Origin: Promethearchaeota archaeon
GTDB taxonomy: Archaea > Asgardarchaeota > Lokiarchaeia > Sigyniarchaeales > SOKP01
Assembly: GCA_048938005.1 (NCBI GenBank)
Contig: JBHLMQ010000068.1
Span: forward strand, 1 to 13,998
Direction: 5' to 3'
DNA length: 13,998 nt
In this document: piece by piece, positions 8,620-13,998 of the stretch
How positions within the stretch are numbered: position 1 is the first letter of the stretch
How the letters are laid out: each line of letters begins with the position of its first letter
Program-made: the position numbers and the translations under genes
The notes under the pieces: model-generated
Told to the model about the DNA's origin: nothing
Seen by the model: the letters and a program-made list of their open reading frames with translations, nothing else
Database searches by the model: none

Positions 8620-10035
8620 ATGTCTAATGAAAAATTACCTTTGAGATCGAAATTAGCTTATGGTGGTCTTGGAGCGGGCATTGGCTTACCTTCTCAAATT
8701 ACATATGCCACAATCACTTTTTTTTATAATACGATATTAGGATTAAATGCCGAATTGATTGGAATATCATGGTTAATCTTTTCAGTTTGGAATGCATTGA
8801 ATGATCCTTTATTTGGTTTCATAGAAGATCATACCAAATCAGAAAAATATGGCAGAAGGATACCTTATATTCGATTTGGTGCTCCGATTTATGGAATAGT
8901 GTTCATTTTATGTTGGATTCCTTTTGTAGATGTAAATAACCAGATAGCTCTCTTTTTCAATCTTACTGTAGTTCTGTTTGTTTTTGACACATTATTTACA
9001 ATATTAGGTCTGATAAATTTTACACTTCCGGCAGAAATGGCAATGACCGCAAAGGAAAGAGCTAACTTATTAATATATGGTAGTGTAATAAGTTCTATTT
9101 CATATCTAATTTCTTTTGTATTACCTCTAGTATTGTTAACCGGACATGAATCGCCTAATTTTGCTCTCTTTCTGATTGCAATGATTCTTGTGGGTATTAT
9201 CTCCGCTATAATATTATACATGAGTAGTTTTTACTTGAAAGAAAATAAGTATACACAAATGGAAGAAACGCTCCCTATCATCAAGGGAATAAAAGAAACG
9301 TTTAAAAACACACCATTCTTAATTTTTGAAGCAGCAAACTTTTCTTTTACCATCGCCCAAACAATCCTCACCACTGCTATTTTTTATTACGTTGAATATG
9401 TCTTAATTTTAACTGGGATCCTCTCCACAATTCCATTATTATTAGTCTTTGTTATGATTTTCGTGTTCTTGATCGTTTTCAACAAATTGATTGGAAAATA
9501 TGGTGTAAAAAATACATTTATTTTGGCTAATTTATGGACAGGAGTGAGCTTTCTTCTAACATTTTTCATTGGATGGAATTTATCTCTTGCCCTTATTGGA
9601 TTCATATTAATAGGAATTGGATTGTCAGGTTATCTCCTTACAAACCAAGTAGTTATAGCCGATATTGTTGACTATGACGAAACAAGAACGGGAAAGCGTA
9701 GAGAAACTACCTATTCAGGAATAAACGCCTTGATCACAAAACCTGCAATCTCAATCGCAAATTGGCTGTTTTTAACAATAATAGCATCTTATGGATTCGA
9801 TGCAAGTAAACAAACACAAGATTTCTTTACTCAGTTTGGAATCATGATGGGATTCTTGTATACACCCTCTTTATTTTTGATTATAGGTGCAATATTGATG
9901 TTTTCTTACCCTTTAGATGGCCCTCAATGGCTTAAACAAAAAGCAGAAATTATTAAAATTCATGAGAAAAAGGAAATAGAATATCTGAAATACATAGAAG
10001 AAAAAAATTTAAATGAAAGATCGCATGTTATTTAA
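8620..10035 (+). CDS. MFS transporter, glycoside-pentoside-hexuronide (MelB-like, MFS_2) family
   Basis: About 12 hydrophobic segments, with WNALNDPLFG..ED.TKS..YGRRIPYI, T..ERA.L and IADIVDYDE.RTGKRRE..YSG. Confidence 0.92.
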   Translation: MSNEKLPLRSKLAYGGLGAGIGLPSQITYATITFFYNTILGLNAELIGISWLIFSVWNALNDPLFGFIEDHTKSEKYGRRIPYIRFGAPIYGIVFILCWIPFVDVNNQIALFFNLTVVLFVFDTLFTILGLINFTLPAEMAMTAKERANLLIYGSVISSISYLISFVLPLVLLTGHESPNFALFLIAMILVGIISAIILYMSSFYLKENKYTQMEETLPIIKGIKETFKNTPFLIFEAANFSFTIAQTILTTAIFYYVEYVLILTGILSTIPLLLVFVMIFVFLIVFNKLIGKYGVKNTFILANLWTGVSFLLTFFIGWNLSLALIGFILIGIGLSGYLLTNQVVIADIVDYDETRTGKRRETTYSGINALITKPAISIANWLFLTIIASYGFDASKQTQDFFTQFGIMMGFLYTPSLFLIIGAILMFSYPLDGPQWLKQKAEIIKIHEKKEIEYLKYIEEKNLNERSHVI

Positions 10036-10113
10036 AGGCTTAATAGAGATCTAAAAATTTTTAATGAAAAAGTAAAAGCAAAAATAATTTATTTGTAATA
10101 GAAAAGAATTTAA

Positions 10114-10737
10114 TTAAGCAGTTTCCATTGTTTTGCCTGAGAGCTTTTTATAATGATTAAGAACAGCTTGACGAGCTGCATATACAAAAGCTCTCTTAAC
10201 ATTTACACCTTGGATAGCAATAGTTTCATAAATGAGTACATGGTTCAGTTTTGCAGTGTCAAGAGCCTGACGTATTTTTGATATCTCTATAATATCTTCT
10301 AGGTCACGCTTATTTGCAAGTAAAACAGTTGGTACTTCGGGAGGTGTAAATGCTTCTGGAGGTATTAATTTATCACCATAGAAACGGAGTAACTCCTTTA
10401 AACTCCAAATATTCTCCGACCATTGGTCTATTAAGCTATCCCATGTAAATATAACTGCATCTGTGCCTTTAAGAACAGTCTGACGTTGAAATTTATGCCT
10501 TCGCTGTCCTGCAACGGTATAAACTTGAAAAACTACATTTGAAACTCTTGCGACTACCCGATCGAAAAAAAGCGTCCGACCAGTTGGATCTTGAATTTGT
10601 TGCATATCTCCCGTGGCTAAACCCTCTTTCTTATAGACCCAATCTAGTGCAGTAGTTTTACCCCCGAGACTTGGACCGTAAAAACAAATTTTGAAAACAA
10701 GTGTTCCATCTCCCCGACGACTTGGCAAATATATCAA
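10114..10737 (-). CDS. MglA-like small GTPase (Ras superfamily)
   Basis: G1 KICFYGPSLGGKTT, switch I GRTLFFD, G3 YTVAGQ (MglA YTVPGQ), LKGTDAVIFTWDS and G4 NKRD. The start may instead be TTG at 10728, which is better spaced from GAGGA. Confidence 0.88.
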   Translation of the reverse strand: MIYLPSRRGDGTLVFKICFYGPSLGGKTTALDWVYKKEGLATGDMQQIQDPTGRTLFFDRVVARVSNVVFQVYTVAGQRRHKFQRQTVLKGTDAVIFTWDSLIDQWSENIWSLKELLRFYGDKLIPPEAFTPPEVPTVLLANKRDLEDIIEISKIRQALDTAKLNHVLIYETIAIQGVNVKRAFVYAARQAVLNHYKKLSGKTMETA

Positions 10738-10954
10738 TCCTCGCTTTAAATATTCAAAAATTTTAAATTAAATCTTATTAATTCTATAAAACTCTTGTAA
10801 TATAAAAATTTGCAAAAGAAAAGTTTTGTGATTTTTTAGTATTGAAAGTGTTGTTCTTATATGTATTTACTACTATTATCTAAATATTATAAATAAGAAT
10901 GCTTTTTATTTTACCTATTTAGCTTTTTATGCCATGCAAAGGATAAAATAATTT

Positions 10955-11704
10955 TTATGGAATTTGTGTCATTGGTATTCCTTTAAGCTCAAATCCACAA
11001 TTGGTACAAAAGCGCTGGTCTTGACTTATGATTTTGTGTCCGCATTCAGGGCAGAATTTAAAAGTACTTGATACTATATCTTTAGCTATTTCGCTTGGCT
11101 GGCTAATTTCAGGTTTCAAAAATTCTTTTTTCATCGGTAAAATTACCTCTCTTGGTTTAATTGTCTTACTAGCAATTCCTCCAATAATAGATAATGCTGC
11201 TCCTATAAATGGAGCTATGGTTGCGAATCCCGGGCTATAAACAGACCAAAAATTAGGTAGGATTACTGGTGGCCCATATATTAAAAGCCATTCATATTCG
11301 ACATAATTCATCACACTAATATCAATTGCTATGATATAGATTATTGTTACTATGATCATCATGATTCCCATCCCAATCCAAGTATTTGCACAATCCTTTA
11401 TACTTTTTCTTCCAACTCTTACCTTATTTGCCATAAAAATAAATCGTATTGCGCCAAATAGTATTATAATTGCTGTAAAGATTCCCGATAAAAATATCGG
11501 TATCATATAGTTTGTTGGTTGTTCTAAGGGAATAAAAATAGTGCTTGATCCATAAAGGGAACTAGAATAGTGTAATCCCCACATCCAAAAATATTCTTGG
11601 ATCCCATATCCAGTACCATAGACTGCTGGAGTAAAAAATGATATAAGAGTTAGAATCCCAGCAATTAGAGGCGTTACCCAAATATAATCTCTAGGGGCTC
11701 CCAT
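10955..11704 (-). CDS. Four-TM membrane protein with C-terminal zinc ribbon
   Basis: Four hydrophobic segments (aa ~8-27, 67-91, 109-132, 158-178) and C-terminal FCPECG-x8-FCTNCG. An SD-like GAGG lies upstream. Confidence 0.85.
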   Translation of the reverse strand: MGAPRDYIWVTPLIAGILTLISFFTPAVYGTGYGIQEYFWMWGLHYSSSLYGSSTIFIPLEQPTNYMIPIFLSGIFTAIIILFGAIRFIFMANKVRVGRKSIKDCANTWIGMGIMMIIVTIIYIIAIDISVMNYVEYEWLLIYGPPVILPNFWSVYSPGFATIAPFIGAALSIIGGIASKTIKPREVILPMKKEFLKPEISQPSEIAKDIVSSTFKFCPECGHKIISQDQRFCTNCGFELKGIPMTQIP

Positions 11705-11888
11705 TTTTTACTTTTCCTCACACATATAATAACTGATAATTTGAATCTTATTTTTGTCTTATTATTCAAAAAGATATTTTTAATTATAAATACATTTCTT
11801 TTTTGGTGGAAAAAAAAAGTAGAAAAAGATTTGTTCTTAATAGATCTATTCATTTTATAAAAAAATAGTTCAAAATTAAAAAGATGGA

Positions 11889-12011
11889 CTATTTTAACGT
11901 GATTTTTCTAATTGAGAATATTAAAAAACAAGTTTTTAATAAAAAGGATTATGATAATTTTTTTTCTCTTTTTTATGTAAGGTTTTTAATCTGATTTCTT
12001 TATCTATTAGA
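11889..12011. repeat. Direct repeat copy A: displaced duplicate of the DEAD-box helicase 3' end plus 3' UTR
   Basis: Manual alignment: 11889-11935 vs 13646-13692 is 41/47 identical, and 11936-12011 vs 13720-13795 is 70/76 identical. The minus strand reads LIDKEIRLKTLHKKEKKNYHNPFY*. Confidence 0.92.
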
Positions 12012-12072
12012 TTTCCATCGGATTTCTTCTATAATGTTAGGTATATTTATAGCTATTATACTATGGATTGTA

Positions 12073-12086
12073 CCAAAGGTTTATAA
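12073..12086 (+). promoter_or_regulatory. Candidate archaeal BRE/TATA promoter of the 505-aa gene
   Basis: CCAAAGG followed by TTTATAA (12080-12086), about 34 nt upstream of ATG 12120. Confidence 0.4.
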
Positions 12087-12119
12087 TGACTAATATCTTA
12101 AATAAAGAATGGTTCCCAG

Positions 12120-13637
12120 ATGACAGATAAAAATATAGACCAAGATTTAAGCTTCCTATCTGAACCTGAAATCTATGAGCCTTTAGAGAGTTCTGAATTA
12201 GTTAGCATAATCCCTTCAGAAGATAAAGTTTTTTATAGCGCTAAATTCAACATTAAATATAAAAAACTAAGAAGTAAAATATCAAATATAGTGATATCAC
12301 ATGTAATATTAACTAATAATGGAATGGCATTTACATGGCCATTTTATTTTCACACTAATGAATTCTGTGGGATCAATAACGATATATGTTATTATGTTCC
12401 TTGGTATACTGTACGCGTAGGTGGTCTGGATAGATTAATGCTTGCAAAAGATTTTAGCACTACGGTATATGAATTTAGTTATACTTTCACTCTTCTTGAA
12501 GACAAGGAGTTAGAAATAATACAACCATATAAACAACGAAAAAAAGAATTAATAGAGAAGAGTAAAATTCTTAGAGAAAAAAGTAGAGATAATATCTATA
12601 ACCTAATAGCACCAATTTTAAAGTCATATCCAAAATCGAAAATCCCCTCTTTCAATCCTTCAAATATATGTGTGCCTCCCTATTTATATACGATTTTGAG
12701 AAAAAGAGTTCTCAAGGAAATTGTTAAAGAAGTAAAACAAGGTATTTTTCAATATAGAGAACCAATCACAATATCTCAAGACCTAACTTATCGTAAAGAA
12801 AGAATACATGAAGAAGTAAAGAATTATAATCTCATAACTGGGACATACGACGATGTAATGAAGATGGAAGAATTGGCAACGGCCTTTTCCAATTTCTTTC
12901 CACACCATTCATTAGAGGAAGCTACAGCCCTTCTAGTGGAACTATTTGAACTCAAACCTATTATTGTACTGGAATGGTTTCAGAAAGCAAGAGAGTATAT
13001 CCTAAAAAAATATCCAGAGAAAGAAAAGAATCTTTTCAACCTTGAGAAAGAATTTTACGAAAGAACTATTTACGCAACACTTTTTGAAGAAGGTGAGTAT
13101 ATTGTTGCTCATTTTAAAGGAATGGTGAATTTACCTAAAGCTCATCTTGAATTTCCTGGACATGTTATGGTAACTAATTATAGAGTATTAGGTCCTGGCA
13201 TTCCTAAAGTTAGTGCCCCTTGGTCTTGGATGCCTATCACAGGATGGGGGACTTGGCTCTTAGCTAAAGGTATTATGGACCATATTGTAAATGCAAGGAA
13301 ACTGTTTCTCAGAGTTTTTAATCAAAATCCTGATATGTTTAGTTATAATAAGCCTTATAATATACGCAAAACGGATCTTGGAAATGTAGGATTTACAATG
13401 AATTATAATAATATTGATGCGAAACCTTCGGAAAAAAAAATTTATAATCTTATCATTAATTTAATCATAGCCAAATATAATAAGGAGTCAAAAGAAGAGT
13501 TTAAATTGAGAAAAGAAAAGATTGTTACTGATATTCTTGACCTTCTCTCTAGAATTGCTGGAATAGAGTGCCCTAAATGCAAGCATGTACAAGATAAAAA
13601 GTACAATTTTTGTCAAATGTGCGGAAAAGAGTTATAA
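12120..13637 (+). CDS. Hypothetical soluble protein with two possible PH-like domains and a C-terminal zinc ribbon
   Basis: 505-aa ORF with C-terminal CPKC-x9-FCQMCG. Two segments have the form E-x-V/I...(S/G)HV-x-(L/V)TN. Confidence 0.8.
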   Translation: MTDKNIDQDLSFLSEPEIYEPLESSELVSIIPSEDKVFYSAKFNIKYKKLRSKISNIVISHVILTNNGMAFTWPFYFHTNEFCGINNDICYYVPWYTVRVGGLDRLMLAKDFSTTVYEFSYTFTLLEDKELEIIQPYKQRKKELIEKSKILREKSRDNIYNLIAPILKSYPKSKIPSFNPSNICVPPYLYTILRKRVLKEIVKEVKQGIFQYREPITISQDLTYRKERIHEEVKNYNLITGTYDDVMKMEELATAFSNFFPHHSLEEATALLVELFELKPIIVLEWFQKAREYILKKYPEKEKNLFNLEKEFYERTIYATLFEEGEYIVAHFKGMVNLPKAHLEFPGHVMVTNYRVLGPGIPKVSAPWSWMPITGWGTWLLAKGIMDHIVNARKLFLRVFNQNPDMFSYNKPYNIRKTDLGNVGFTMNYNNIDAKPSEKKIYNLIINLIIAKYNKESKEEFKLRKEKIVTDILDLLSRIAGIECPKCKHVQDKKYNFCQMCGKEL

Positions 13638-13645
13638 TTTTCCTT

Positions 13646-13795
13646 CTATTTTAATCTGATTTTTCTTTTTCAGAATATTAAAAAATAAGTTTTTTCATGA
13701 TGCGTTTAAAATATAATCATTAATAAAAAGGATTATGATATTTTTTTTTCTCTTTTTTATATAACGTTTTTAATTTGATTTCTTTATCGATAAGA
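13646..13795. repeat. Direct repeat copy B: functional helicase 3' end plus 3' UTR, with 27 extra nt (about 13693-13719)
   Basis: Aligns to 11889-12011 at 111/123 identity excluding the 27-nt indel. Begins 9 nt after the stop of the 505-aa gene. Confidence 0.92.
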
Positions 13796-13998
13796 CCTTC
13801 AATATGGCACAAATATTCATATTCATCTTTTAAACATAGAGTAATAGCAACTCCTTTTTTACTCATCCGTGATGTGCGCCCTATTCGATGAACATAATTA
13901 TCAGGAAACTTAGGTACGTCGTAATTTATAACATGAGAGATATTTTCTATGTCAAGACCTCTTGCTGCTACATCTGTAGCAATGAGTAAATTAATTTT
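13720..13998 (-). CDS. DEAD-box RNA helicase, C-terminal part (5' end outside the window)
   Basis: Manual translation: [92 protein letters not shown]. Motif V (TDVAARGLD) and motif VI (HRIGRTSR) are present, with the stop at 13722-13720. Confidence 0.95.
   Translation of the reverse strand, partial: KINLLIATDVAARGLDIENISHVINYDVPKFPDNYVHRIGRTSRMSKKGVAITLCLKDEYEYLCHIEGLIDKEIKLKTLYKKEKKKYHNPFY

Larger units (their letters stand above)
12012..13795. mobile_element. Putative inserted single-gene cassette/islet of about 1.8 kb bounded by direct repeats
   Basis: Contains only the 505-aa gene and its upstream region between the two repeat copies. No integrase or transposase is visible. Confidence 0.5.

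Noticed and set aside
8889-9605. Antisense ORFs 8889-9221 and 9387-9605
   Set aside because: Shadow ORFs of the MFS transporter.
10738-10954. Possible third copy of the helicase-tail repeat (AAAGGATAAAATAATTTTT near 10938-10956)
   Set aside because: The similarity is short and low-complexity and does not extend.
11028-11240. 70-aa ORF on the + strand
   Set aside because: Antisense to the 4-TM zinc-ribbon gene, which has the coherent domain structure.
11936-13795. Repeat pair as a diversity-generating retroelement TR/VR
   Set aside because: The mismatches are not confined to adenines of one copy on either strand (for example ACG/ACC, and A-containing differences occur in both directions). 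No reverse transcriptase is in the window.
11889-13795. CRISPR array or IS element
   Set aside because: There are only two long imperfect copies 1.8 kb apart. No regular spacers, terminal inverted repeats or transposase motifs were seen.

Overview
AT-rich (roughly 30% GC by eye) chromosomal window. It is probably archaeal and most like Asgard/Lokiarchaeia; this is an inference from the GAGGTGA Shine-Dalgarno motif, the archaeal-type dihydropteroate synthase, an orphan MglA-like GTPase, GIFT-domain and Vps29/YfcE-like proteins, and C-terminal zinc-ribbon proteins. Gene order: partial hypothetical (-), folP-like, gyrB, gyrA, universal stress protein, cupin (-), GIFT/IFT52-like protein overlapping a YfcE/Vps29-family phosphoesterase, GPH-family MFS transporter, MglA-like GTPase (-), 4-TM zinc-ribbon protein (-), 505-aa zinc-ribbon protein, and the 3' end of a DEAD-box helicase (-) that the ORF track missed. 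The main hidden structure is an imperfect direct repeat of about 123 bp (11889-12011 vs 13646-13795). It duplicates the last ~25 codons and 3' UTR of the helicase and brackets the 505-aa gene, like a single-gene cassette integrated at the helicase 3' end with no recombinase in view. Other points are a probable ATT start for the USP, naturally substituted GyrA quinolone-contact residues, and a claudin-like tetraspan topology.
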